DNA of 42,303 nt from Octopus bimaculoides (lineage: Eukaryota), in contig NC_068982.1 in the NCBI RefSeq assembly GCF_001194135.2, forward strand, positions 9,354,275 through 9,396,577, given 5' to 3'. Under the pieces are notes generated by a model. The model made no database searches. It saw only the letters and a program-made list of their open reading frames with translations, and was not told where the DNA came from. A program made the position numbers and the translations under genes. Shown piece by piece: positions 12,339-24,750 of the stretch (the first letter of the stretch is position 1; every line of letters begins with the position of its first letter).

Positions 12339-12782
12339 TTATAAAACACACATGAAACAGGGTTTAAGATTTTAGCAGCAACAATCATATCAAACAAAAC
12401 CCACCACCAAAAGGTTTTGGCGTTTTGGTGGTGGATTCTGTTGTCATGGTTTCTCCTGTTGTTGTTGATATTGCTGCTGTTTCCAAGATGCTGTTCATGA
12501 AGCAGCTGCCGGTGCCATTGCAGTTGTTGATGCTAAAATCTTTAACTCTGCGCTCAGCAGATTTATGGAGCCCGACATTATTGATCATATTTTCTTTGTT
12601 TGATGTTTTCCTGAGCAGCGACACCAGTCCTTTGGCTCACAGAATCGGTGATTTATCTGTTCCTCTGCTGGTTGCAATGATAATTATTAAGGTAAGGACG
12701 AACAGTCTGGTTTATTATATTGTAAAGCATATAAGAAAAAACCATGGAAATTAAACTATTTCCTCGGCGGACAACTACTTAC

Positions 12783-12824
12783 CTCATTAGTTTTGCTCTT
12801 GCCGCCTGCAAAACATCGCCCCAT
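12783..12824 (-). CDS. Candidate first coding exon, MGRCFAGGKSKTNE, with a phase-0 donor
   Basis: ATG at 12824 in a strong context (aatATGG), 14 open codons, then a perfect GAG|GTAAGT donor (intron starts at 12782). No downstream exon was identified and there is no homology evidence. Confidence 0.35.
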
Positions 12825-12840
12825 ATTCGGTTGTTGCAAT

Positions 12841-12903
12841 CGTCCGTTTCAACTACTGTCTGACTAACTGACTAATCTGGCTACTCTGTATTTTGCGCAT
12901 TGG
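12841..12903 (-). promoter_or_regulatory. Candidate TATA-less core promoter
   Basis: Overlapping Inr-like TTAGTC/TCAGTT (12875-12866), DPE-like GGACG (12845-12841; spacing +25 or +29, so not canonical) and CCAAT (12903-12899) in a unique, locally CpG-richer segment just upstream of the candidate ATG. Confidence 0.3.
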
Positions 12904-14029
12904 CTACGGCATTTTCATCGTGTCATGGTGAGGTCACCATTTACGGATTATACCTACAGAGTCAATGCAATCATAAAATCATTTGTGTAGTCGACAGGAC
13001 GAAATTTTAGACATCTATTCATCCCTGATTATTGATTTTACTTGTATGACGCAAGCATATGCTGGCCTCATACAAGTACTAGTGTTGGCCGTATTCCAAC
13101 GCTAGTACATAAACGAAATTACGACGGCCAGACAACTTGATTTCTTTAATCTGAAAGAAAACATGTGACTCAGCTCCGCTTACATCTTAGAGGTTGAAGA
13201 GTCTGTGGATTCCGCATTCCCTGATCCAGTTCCTATTAATCGTCCAGCGCCATCAACTTATCGTATACACTTCGAAATGAGGCCCATCACGAAGAGAAAA
13301 ACCTGCCAACAAATCATCCAGACAAATAGATGCTTACACCACCTAGCTGCCCAAATACGAAATCTCAGATCTTCGTCAAGGACATCTAGTGATGTGATAT
13401 TGTTGAGCGATTAATATAGCTTCCACACTGACCACGAATCACATGGATACATGCATCCTACTTTAACTGTATTGATACAGAGCGCACAAATGTAATCATG
13501 CCCAACCGTTGCATTTCTTGGCATTTGAGAACAGCTCCTTGAAAAGTACCTCTAAAACTCGCGTGTGTGTGTATGTGTGTTCGTGCACGCATAATTGGAT
13601 TTTATGTATACTCAAGCACACATATATACATATGTTCACACACCTATATTAATGCACGCTTAGCAAAACCATTAGGGCATTCGATAGACAGCCTTCTTCT
13701 CATCCGTTTCTGCACTCTGTGCTCTCAATTTAAAATCCGTCGCGATAAACTTCGCCTTGCATATTTTCGAGCCCCATAAACAAAGAAAAAAATGTTATAT
13801 ACTGAGTTGATTTTTATCTTCGCTGTTTCTCATGCACGTACTTTGCCTTTAGTCACAAACGTATCCGCACCTGCACACCGACATTTTCTCTCTGGAAGAA
13901 ACCAGCTGCGGTGAAAACTTAGACGTGAACGGTCTCTGTAGGACTTAAATGCCCACAAACACACCGTTATATCAATGACAGCACTCCTACGACGCCATTA
14001 GTTATGATGTTCCCAGACACATATACATG

Positions 14030-14075
<46 letters not shown>

Positions 14076-14196
14076 ACACACACACACACACACGTGTGTG
14101 TATATGTGTATGAATTTGAATATTTATTGAGCTTGCAACAGTTGGTTGCTTATACATATTGTAAACACTTACGTACACACACGCATACACACTCAT

Positions 14197-14261
<65 letters not shown>

Positions 14262-14295
14262 GAAGATAGCAAATTAGGTTCTATATAGAGATATT

Positions 14296-14356
<61 letters not shown>

Positions 14357-14500
14357 TAAATATATATATGTTTAAATATATATATGTTTAAATATATATT
14401 ATATACATATATTATATGTATCTATCTATATATATATATATATCTATGTATATGCATATGTGCATGTGTGCGCATATCAGTCTACGTGTGTGTGTGTGTG
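14030..14500. repeat. Compound (CA)n/(TA)n/(TG)n microsatellite block
   Basis: Direct reading of the sequence. Confidence 0.96.
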
Positions 14501-15473
14501 TATGTAAAATGTCATGAACACTTGTCATGAGTGCCTTTTTCAATACATTTTTTAAAAAAATACATGCGATCCTATATCTTGATGCAAATCTTTAGTTGTT
14601 GTTTATTTAATTTGCTTGAAAGTCATGTATGAAAGAAGTATATTCGTCACTATAAAAATTACGAAAAAGTAGAATAATAGCAGCTTTGATATTGTGAAAA
14701 CTAGACAAAACTTTATTATATTTTCTCATGAAAGGAAAACGTGCATCTGAATCATGAAATCTCCTGGAGTCATTATTCCTAGATCACGTCTTAACTTAGA
14801 CAGGAAGACAACGTTTTGGTTTTGTAGTGTTCGTGAAATCAAACTTAAACATGAAATGAAAGAAAAATGTAGAAAACAGAAAAAAGACTGATTCTTCGAA
14901 AAAATGTAATTTATTTCTCTATTCTGTAACGAAATATAGCTGATGATATGTATCACGCTGCAAATATAATTATTGATGTCAATGGGCGTCTGTATGCATC
15001 TAACGGTCTTGAATTCTTTGTTTCGAAAAACAATGGATTTTTTATTATTATTATTATTGATATTTTTTCATATGAATTACATGTTGTAAAACGTGCATTG
15101 GATTCCCTTTATCAACAATATTAGGTTCAGTATAATATTTAGAATTATGTTACAGAATAAAACGGTGAAAAGGGGTTCGAGAAAATTTGTTAATAAGTCT
15201 AGATTGAGCGAAAGGATAACGGTACCTTCGTTGGGTATATTTTCGTTATCTTTTTCGAAACATTGAATCCATGTTGCTGGTACAGTTCAATATTTGTTCG
15301 TGAGAAAATCTCTGTCTCTTTTCAAATGAAGTTCTAAAAGACAGCGTGATCCTGTTTCCTGAATTTAACGCATAAAACACGTGTGTGTAGCATATTTGTG
15401 TGGCTTCACTTTACCCCATCTTTATGTTTATTTGCTCATATTGCATCAAAATCTGTATAGGTGTGTGTATACA

Positions 15474-15536
<63 letters not shown>

Positions 15537-15552
15537 GTAGTATATTGCCACT

Positions 15553-15759
15553 TAAGTGTGGCTGACCCCTAGGGGTGGATGTTACTGTTGCTTTTAGCCC
15601 CAGGAGGACATCTCCTCCAGCTGGCTTATCGACACACGACTGTGTCCTGTTTGCCAAGGGAGTTATCCCTCTCACCTCGACCAGCAGCACGAACGTATCC
15701 GGATTTCAGGGTTATTTCCCTTCGTTGGCGTTCGACAGCTGATGACCTTGGTGAGAGAG
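15553..15759. other. GC-richer segment between a microsatellite and a gap; probable unclassified TE fragment
   Basis: Abrupt GC rise next to (CA)/(TA) repeats; no recognisable protein motif; the remainder is hidden in gap 15760-16170. Confidence 0.3.
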
Positions 15760-16555
15760 NNNNNNNNNNNNNNNNNNNNNNNNNNNNNNNNNNNNNNNNN
15801 NNNNNNNNNNNNNNNNNNNNNNNNNNNNNNNNNNNNNNNNNNNNNNNNNNNNNNNNNNNNNNNNNNNNNNNNNNNNNNNNNNNNNNNNNNNNNNNNNNNN
15901 NNNNNNNNNNNNNNNNNNNNNNNNNNNNNNNNNNNNNNNNNNNNNNNNNNNNNNNNNNNNNNNNNNNNNNNNNNNNNNNNNNNNNNNNNNNNNNNNNNNN
16001 NNNNNNNNNNNNNNNNNNNNNNNNNNNNNNNNNNNNNNNNNNNNNNNNNNNNNNNNNNNNNNNNNNNNNNNNNNNNNNNNNNNNNNNNNNNNNNNNNNNN
16101 NNNNNNNNNNNNNNNNNNNNNNNNNNNNNNNNNNNNNNNNNNNNNNNNNNNNNNNNNNNNNNNNNNNNNNNATATATAGATGTTTGAATTTGCCAGCAGG
16201 GGAAAAAGTTACTCAATACATGCCAATGCGTAAATATATATAGCAAAACTGAAAACACTCAGTTACTAGTCAAGATTTCTAGTTTATCACATTTCACGAA
16301 CGTAACTGACGAGAATGAATATAAATTATATTTTGAAGAGAAGTTTTATCAATTGAGGAAGACACGAAGACTGTTATTTCAAGTTTGTTTGTATTTCTAC
16401 CAAATATGAAGTGGGAAAATATCGGTGCACTTAAATGACCGACTCACAAATATAGTTACTTGACATCAGCTGAACATCAATTGCTGGCTAAAGTTTTAAG
16501 CTGTCGGTTGTTTGTTTCTTGTTCGTTTTGCTTTTTGTTTATGAATGTTCGATTA

Positions 16556-16940
16556 AAATTTTGGAACGCAACCAGCAATTACGTTTGCGGGGATAAGTTG
16601 GATACATCGAATCCAGAACACAACTGGTACTTATCTTATTTAAAAGAATGAGAGGCAAAGTCGACCTCTACTACTGAATTTGAACTCAGAACGTAAAGAC
16701 GGACGAAATGCCGCAACGCATTTTGTTCGTTGTCCTAACCATTCTGACAGCTCTTCGCCTTCTTTTATTTATGATATTGGTGTCAAATTTTGGCACAATG
16801 CCAGTAATTTCAGGAGAAGGGGTAAGTCGATTACATTCTACTGGTACTTATTTTATCAACCTTGAGAGGGTTGAGAGGCAAAATGAACCTCTGCGTAATT
16901 TGAACTCTGAACATATTGCCAACAATTTTGCCAGCTCTCT
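16556..16940 (-). mobile_element. Two decayed family A SINE copies (about 16556-16761 and 16784-16940)
   Basis: Core ACTGGTACTTA...GGCAAAGTCGACC...ATTTGAACTC is present in both. Confidence 0.85.
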
Positions 16941-17083
16941 GAATTCTTTTATTTATTATATTAAAATTTAAGCATTGTAGATAGTGTAATTAAAATCATT
17001 TGAATATATGAAGCAGCTATTATATATTTTAGTCAGATTTCCATTCGATCGTAAACAAATTTAAAATGATCAGTTAGAATGTA

Positions 17084-17311
17084 TTAGGTTGTCCGGAAAG
17101 TTCGTGCCGATTTATAGTAGCCTACCTTTCGACTTATTTGCCTTGAAACCACCTCAATTCTGGGAAGAGGGTATTTTCAAGTTAAAGGAAAGATGGAGAC
17201 GCATTGTGCAACAAAATGGTTCATATTTCGTTGATTAAAAATGTAATGGCAAGTATTTATTGACCTTTTTCTTTCTTTTAAAAATCGGCACGAACTTTGC
17301 GGACAACCCAA
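17084..17311 (+). mobile_element. Mariner-derived MITE (228 bp) with TIRs and TA TSD
   Basis: TIRs TTAGGTTGTCCGGAAAGTTCGTGCCGATTT and AAATCGGCACGAACTTTGCGGACAACCCAA (28/30 match); TA on both sides (17082-83, 17312-13). The interior retains a mariner transposase C-terminus, FWEEGIFKLKERWRRIVQQNGSYFVD*. Confidence 0.93.
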
Positions 17312-17969
17312 TAGAAAGGATATTTTCCAGCAAACGTTGTGACTAGAACATTGGTATCTTTGATAATAAACAAGTCGTACGTCTTACACGTTTCTAACTT
17401 CAAATTAACAAATACCAAGTATTTCGTGACCGCCATAACATTATTACTCAATGTGAATAGAATGTCAAATTACAATTCTCTTCACGCTACGTTGTGCGTT
17501 TCTGCGTCTGTCAAAATGATTTCCGTGTTGTTTATTAATGTTTATAATGAATTTTTCAGTTCCCTAATGGTTAAAGCTGAAATACTGTTTAGACATTTTT
17601 TAACTTCAGCACTGTTAAGTAACTTTCGTCACTTTCGTGTAGAAAACTAAAGATATTTCACACTGCGGAAATTGGGGAATTGTTGGCAGTGTTAAGCTCA
17701 CTCAACTTCGTAACACGTCAAAGTACTTCGATGGAATAATTTTTTTACACATCATTTTCATGTGTTTATAACTCATATAATTTCGAACGAAAGAAGCAGC
17801 AGCATTTCTCAAACAACGCTGTTTTCAATTATATCTTTTGACTCTATTGATTTTCTACTATTCCACTATGCTAATTATGAGAAACAAAAACTTAGATTTA
17901 GTGATTTCTGAAAGCAGTAGACTCGTAAGTGAAATGAAACAGTTTGGGCAAGATGTAAGTTCTATGTTA

Positions 17970-18332
17970 TGAACCTGGCTTACATTACTTAGCCTATTAC
18001 TGGACAACACAATAACTTCAAAGAGCTAGTTAGTTTTTCGTCTCATATTTTAATATTTAATGAGTTACTAGATGCTGATCGGTGTTCTAAAACGCCTAAT
18101 CAAAATCTGTTATGCGATTTCAGTTTATAATACATTCTAACCACTATGTTATATATTTGTCCATTTGAACCGGGTTCACCTTATTTACCCTATTACTGGA
18201 CAACACAATGACTTCAAACATCGAGTATTTTTTTGTATTTTGTCTCATCTTGATATTTAATGAGTAACTAGATTATGATCGTAGTTCTAGAAAGCCTAGT
18301 CAAAATCAGTTATGTGATTTCATTTTGTAATA
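17970..18332. repeat. Old tandem duplication, two units of about 196 bp
   Basis: CCTATTACTGGACAACACAAT at 17993 and 18189; similarity continues through GATATTTAATGAG/AATATTTAATGAG and CAAAATC(T/A)GTTATG. Confidence 0.88.
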
Positions 18333-18907
18333 TGTCTTTCATTTTAAGAGCTACAGCGAAAGGAATGAATACCACATTCTGTTATCCATTGATATAATGC
18401 ATATATCTCATCAAATTATATTTCACCTTTATAAGTTTTCAGTTTCTGGTGTGAGAAATAATATTTCTCATAATTTGATAGAAAATGTAAATATGATGAA
18501 GTAATCTCTCTTGAATCAAGTTCGCAGCTACGTCCCCGGTTTCGCAAGCAAGTCTTTCTTCAACCGTGAAAAACCAAACTTTGCCGTATGACTCTATCTT
18601 GAAATTCTTCTTCTAAATCTGAGTAATGTTATATAATAACTATCAAACTGAAAAATGACACTTGGCCAATTCTTGATAAAGTATTAGTTAGAGCAGAGTT
18701 TCCATTAGTGTTCTCCCAGCACACGTGAAGATTATCTTCAGACTGACATCGATTTGGCAGACTAATAGATATAGAGTTATGTGTTCTTCTCCAAAAATTA
18801 GTTGCATCAGATTGAACTCATAGGAGAATTGACAGTCCGATAGCTTATCCGTTTCTAATATCAGAATTCAATTTGTTTTGCAATATTACCTATTTTGCAA
18901 CCTTTAT

Positions 18908-19217
18908 CATTATTTCTATATCGTCATCATCATCATCATCGTCGTCGTCGTCGTCGTCGTCATCATCATCACCATTACCACCATCATCATCATCATCGCC
19001 ATCATCATCACTGAAAACAGTAGTAGCATTGTTATTGTTACTGTCATCATTTTCCATTTTACTCGTGTTTTCGATCAGCATCTTTAGATATTGTTTGTCA
19101 TCATCGGGTATGATCGTTTTCATTAATATCATCATTACCATTATCGTATTATATTATTATTAATATTATCATCATCATCATCATCGTCGTCGCCGTTATG
19201 ATTATTATTATTATCAT

Positions 19218-19254
<37 letters not shown>

Positions 19255-19290
19255 TGTAGTAGCGTTATTAATATAAGGATTCTTAATATA
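18908..19290. repeat. Compound trinucleotide microsatellites (ATC/GTC/ACC/ATT/AGT)
   Basis: Direct reading; explains the poly-S, poly-D and poly-I ORFs. Confidence 0.95.
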
Positions 19291-19737
19291 AGGATACGTT
19301 TATCACTTTTATTTTTAATAATACATTTATTGTTATTAATTACATTAATTTTATTGTTTATCATAATCGTTGCATCCATCGTGTTTTAGTATTGCGCTTA
19401 ATTAACAGCTACCCGCTACCGCACGTATAGAATAACAAACTATCTTCTACATCGTACCTGGACATCACATATGTTTATTTCTAGTTCCATGAATTGTCTC
19501 ACAGCTTCAGAGTAGGGCAACGGCATGAAGTTGTCATAGACAAGAGGACAAAACAAAATTTCATTAGGTTCTCTTAGATTTTCAGCAAGGTAATTATATT
19601 ACTAATCTTGCTCGAGAATTAATTGTCTTTTCTTTAGGAGCATAATTTATTATTCTCTTCTTGATTTGTATAGATGAAGCTTATTGCACGATTGTTTATC
19701 ATTACTCTATCTTTAATTATTCCTCCGTTTTATGGTA

Positions 19738-20461
<724 letters not shown>

Positions 20462-20887
20462 TACGTCTATTTCTAAATTTTCCCTTGATATCTTTTTCTG
20501 TGGTTTAGCTTATACAGTCTTCTGTTTCTTTCTGACTTCTTGTCTTTCTCTTTCTAGGTATGTTTGTATATATATATATATATATATACATACATATGCA
20601 TATGTATACACACACGCACGCACATACACACACGCACACACACGCACACACACACGCACACAGAATCTTCCAACGTATATTGCATGTAATGACTAACTAG
20701 CGGGAATATCTTTCTGACTAGAAATTCTTATGTAAACACTTGAAACGTGCATATTAAATGCATTCGAAAATTCGAAATATCAATAATTGATAATAAATAA
20801 TCATACAAGTACTATTGCATGCATTTTTATAACTATCTAACCTATTCCTGAATGGAGAATTCGGTCATAATGCAATACACATATACC

Positions 20888-21245
20888 AAGAGCACTCAAA
20901 AGGCGCAAACCTCCGCCAAGGCAACACCAACGTCCTCTCAACGATTAGCCAGAGATAAATTTTAAAATGAGAATAACTGAAATAAAATCGACTGCTCTCA
21001 CAAACCAGAATGGTAAAAATGATCTTATATATAGCAGCTTAATATTCTATGCTATCGATCGGCGAACGATATCAGACTAGTCTTTCTTGAAATGGTCATA
21101 AAACTGCGAAATAGTCTGTAGAATATTGCTCTATTTTGCCGAACACCAAAAGCATTGAGGTAAAATTTCTCTGGTTAGTAGTCCTTAATACAGCAATATC
21201 ATTTTAATATTTATCTTTATGTTTGCCGTTCAGATTAACGTTGAG
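20888..21245 (+). mobile_element. Probable non-autonomous Helentron/DINE-1-like element fragment
   Basis: Begins CAAGAGCACTCAAAAGGCGCAAACCTCCGCCAAGGC, resembling from memory the AGCACTCAGAGAGCGCAGACCTCCGCCAAGG terminus of Helentron-associated elements. The other end was not seen. Confidence 0.4.
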
Positions 21246-21255
21246 CGGTCCATAA

Positions 21256-21321
21256 TCTATTTATCTATCTCTCTATCTCTCTATCTATCTATCTATCTAT
21301 CTATCTAACTATCTATCTATA
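21256..21321. repeat. (TCTA)n microsatellite at the 5' flank of the Tx1 element
   Basis: Direct reading of the sequence. Confidence 0.95.
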
Positions 21322-22273
21322 CAGCTCGTCTCACTCACCGAACTGCAAACATGGATCAGGAAGAGACCGAAACTGGGCGAATGGCACCGCGAGTGTCGCC
21401 AAGCTCTACAACAGCTCTGCCGTCCGGGATCAAACGTGTGCAACTTCCAAACGACCAATGCGTTCTATAGAGGACTAGTGGAGGGGAGGTCTGACGACAC
21501 TCTCGGGGCAAACCTGGGTGTCGACGAGAAATTCTTAACCCGCCTTTTCAAGACGACGTTCGGGCCGGGGCCTATGGATAATTTCCAGAGATCCCTGGCT
21601 TGGCAATGCTATCGAGACGCACTACCAGTTCGAGAGAAGNNNNNNNNNNNNNNNNNNNNNNNNNNNNNNNNNNNNNNNNNNNNNNNNNNNNNNNNNNNNN
21701 NNNNNNNNNNNNNNNNNNNNNNNNNNNNNNNNNNNNNNNNNNNNNNNNNNNNNNNNNNNNNNNNNNNNNNNNNNNNNNNNNNNNNNNNNNNNNNNNNNNN
21801 NNNNNNNNNNNNNNNNNNNNNNNNNNNNNNNNNNNNNNNNNNNNNNNNNNNNNNNNNNNNNNNNNNNNNNNNNNNNNNNNNNNNNNNNNNNNNNNNNNNN
21901 NNNNNNNNNNNNNNNNNNNNNNNNNNNNNNNNNNNNNNNNNNNNNNNNNNNNNNNNNNNNNNNNNNNNNNNNNNNNNNNNNNNNNNNNNNNNNNNNNNNN
22001 NNNNNNNNNNNNNNNNNNNNNNNNNNNNNNNNNNNNNNNNNNNNNNNNNNNNNNNNNNNNNNNNNNNNNNNNNNNNNNNNNNNNNNNNNNNNNNNNNNNN
22101 NNNNNNNNNNNNNNNNNNNNNNNNNNNNNNNNNNNNNNNNNNNNNNNNNNNNNNNNNNNNNNNNNNNNNNNNNNNNNNNNNNNNNNNNNNNNNNNNNNNN
22201 NNNNNNNNNNNNNNNNNNNNNNTTGTAATTTGTCCATTTTCTGTATTTAGCCCTGTGTGGCTATAATAAAAAG
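21322..22273 (+). mobile_element. 5'-truncated L1/Tx1-clade LINE (ORF2 C-terminal region, gap, then 3' end) flanked by (TCTA)n
   Basis: 106 open codons from 21322: QLVSLTELQTWIRKRPKLGEWHRECRQAL...FQRSLAWQCYRDALPVREK, matching the W..L..ALP motif that precedes the zf-RVT of Tx1/L1. After gap 21640-22222 come a T-rich 3' UTR and AATAAA (22265-22270). Continuity across the gap is inferred. Confidence 0.8.
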
Positions 22274-22274
22274 A

Positions 22275-22320
<46 letters not shown>

Positions 22321-22330
22321 CCTATCTATA

Positions 22331-22376
<46 letters not shown>

Positions 22377-22397
22377 CCTATCTATCTATCTATCTAC

Positions 22398-22434
<37 letters not shown>
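22274..22434. repeat. (TCTA)n microsatellite at the 3' flank of the Tx1 element
   Basis: Direct reading of the sequence. Confidence 0.97.
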
Positions 22435-22436
<2 letters not shown>

Positions 22437-22920
22437 GATTAATAATGAGACGTGTAAACGACTCTTATGCAAATTAAGCTATTTAATGCTGTAATGGCTG
22501 AAATCCCGACTGATTTATAGCCTATCTGATATTATTTGCTATCGACTGAGAAAATAATGTTGCCTCTCCAAGGTGATATATGTATTTTATGGAAATAAAT
22601 TGATATTTTATTTTTTCTTTATACGCAACAGAAATTGTGCACAACAGGCTTTTCTCTATCTAGCTGATTTTTAATCGAGATCATGTATCATATTATAAAC
22701 TTTCTGTTTCTGCTAGGTGCATCAAATTTGGTTTCTCTCCGTTTCTATTTCATGTAATAACCAAGATGATCTGAGACATTCATCGTCTTCAACCTTCTCT
22801 TAATCAATTCTTCCCTTATTCAGCATTCTTCCATGTTCTATAAAAAAAAAAATCTCTTTTATTATCGCTCCTGCTCTCGTCCTGCACAACACTGACTATT
22901 ACCAGTTCACTTATACACTT

Positions 22921-23608
22921 GTTCTTTTATTCTTTTATTCTTTTACTTCTTTCAGTTATATGACTGCGGCCATGCTGGGGCACCACATTGAAGAATTTAT
23001 AGTCGAATGTATCGTCCCCAGTACTTTTTTTCTTTTAAGCCTGGTACTTATTCTATCGATACCTTTTGCCGAACCGCTATATTATGGGAATATAACAACA
23101 CCGGTCGTCAAACGGTGGAAGGGGAGACAAACACAAAAACACATAGATAGATACATATATATACATACATACATACATACATACATACATANNNNNNNNN
23201 NNNNNNNNNNNNNNNNNNNNNNNNNNNNNNNNNNNNNNNNNNNNNNNNNNNNNNNNNNNNNNNNNNNNNNNNNNNNNNNNNNNNNNNNNNNNNNNNNNNN
23301 NNNNNNNNNNNNNNNNNNNNNNNNNNNNNNNNNNNNNNNNNNNNNNNNNNNNNNNNNNNNNNNNNNNNNNNNNNNNNNNNNNNNNNNNNNNNNNNNNNNN
23401 NNNNNNNNNNNNNNNNNNNNNNNNNNNNNNNNNNNNNNNNNNNNNNNNNNNNNNNNNNNNNNNNNNNNNNNNNNNNNNNNNNNNNNNNNNNNNNNNNNNN
23501 NNNNNNNNNNNNNNNNNNNNNNNNNNNNNNNNNNNNNNNNNNNNNNNNNNNNNNNNNNNNNNNNNNNNNNNNNNNNNNNNNNNNNNNNNNNNNNNNNNNN
23601 NNNNNNNN

Positions 23609-23667
<59 letters not shown>

Positions 23668-23801
23668 CGATGGGATTCTTTCAGTTCCCGTCTACCAAAT
23701 CCACTCACAAGGCTTTGGTCGACTCGAGGCTATAATAAAAGACACTTGCCCAAGGTGCCACATGTAGTTGGGAAGTAAGCTTCTTATTACACAGCCACGT
23801 C
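22921..23801 (-). mobile_element. CORE-type tRNA SINE, family C, with an internal microsatellite and gap
   Basis: Minus-strand head GTGGCTGTGTAATAAGAAGC and CORE-like TGGCACCTTGGGCAAGTGTCTT (23739-23760), then (TA)(CA)/gap/(TGTA), then a tail ending CAGCATGGCCGCAGTCATATAACTGAAAGAAGTAAAAGAATAAAAG. Same layout as 31957-32555. Confidence 0.85.
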
Positions 23802-23987
23802 TACCTTTTATTATAGCTTTACTTCATATAAGCTTTCTAAATATTATCATAGTGTTTGCCTGTAATTTTGGGCAGAAGTTGGTATTATGATGAATGCCTT
23901 TGTTGCATTCAATTTGCATGTTTCATTTTATTAATAAGAGAAACATTGGTTTTGAAATTTTAACTCAATCCCAGCAATATCTGGGTG

Positions 23988-24220
23988 ATGTGTATGTTTA
24001 TGAGCGAAGCACCAAAACTCCATGTGGATCCGGCAGAAGGTAATGGCAAACTTCTGCTGACACTTTCGCCATAACTTATAACTTTCTCTTACTCATTCCC
24101 CCTGCATCTAGCAGCCCACCAGCGACGGATCGGCGTACCTTCCAGTTGGGAGAATCTATACACCAACGAAACCGGGAAACCGGCGCTTATGAGCCAGGCA
24201 TGGCTTGAGAAGGAACAAAC
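23988..24220 (+). mobile_element. Headless SINE sharing the family B body but with a different, RTE-like tail
   Basis: GTTTATGAGCGAAGCACCAAAACTCCATGTGGATCCGGCAGAAGGTAATGGCAAACTTCTGCTG aligns to 5190-5260; the downstream sequence differs from family B. Confidence 0.6.
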
Positions 24221-24385
24221 CACACATGCTGATTAAAGCATATTCACCGTTTGGGCTACATAGTGTCATCCAAAGTTACAGTATAATTTTCACTGGATCC
24301 ATGTCAGGAATTCCGCATTTTTCTTTTAGTTTATAAGGGAAACGGAAGATGGATTTAGTACAAAGCTTTATTCAAAAAGACAATT

Positions 24386-24750
24386 GTTCCGACCCATCCT
24401 GCAGGTGTCCCTTACGGGTATGATTTTGTGCATCTAACTGTATTGCATCAATCAGCGCAGTCTGTGTCTTCCCAGGTGTTTGGTATAAAAGATATTCTAC
24501 TACATACATTGAGTTCTTGTCTTGGAGTATGCGGGTACCCAGATAAATTCAATCAGTTTATAAGAAACAACAAAAAAATGTTAATGTTAATCAACTCAAT
24601 TCTTGATTATGAAAGAACTCAGTACATGTAGTAGAGTAGAGTATATTTTATACCAAACACCTAGGATGACGCAGACAGCACTGATTGATGCGACACGGTT
24701 AAGTGCACGATATCCAACTCGTAAAGGGCAGCTGCAGGATGGGCCGAAAC
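24386..24750. repeat. Diverged fold-back inverted repeat: arms of about 135 bp (24386-24518 and 24613-24750) with a 94-bp spacer
   Basis: CCCATCCTGCAG/CTGCAGGATGGG, GCATCAATCAG/CTGATTGATGC, AGGTGTTTGGTATAAAA/TTTTATACCAAACACCT and TGAGTTCTT/AAGAACTCA pair in order; roughly 80% identity by eye. Confidence 0.92.

Noticed and set aside
12425-12754. 109-aa hydrophobic + strand ORF and the overlapping Thr-rich minus-strand ORF
   Set aside because: No recognisable domain; composition is consistent with decayed triplet repeats.
15738-15759. CTGATGA hammerhead-like core before the gap
   Set aside because: No stem II or GAAA is visible; the remainder is N.
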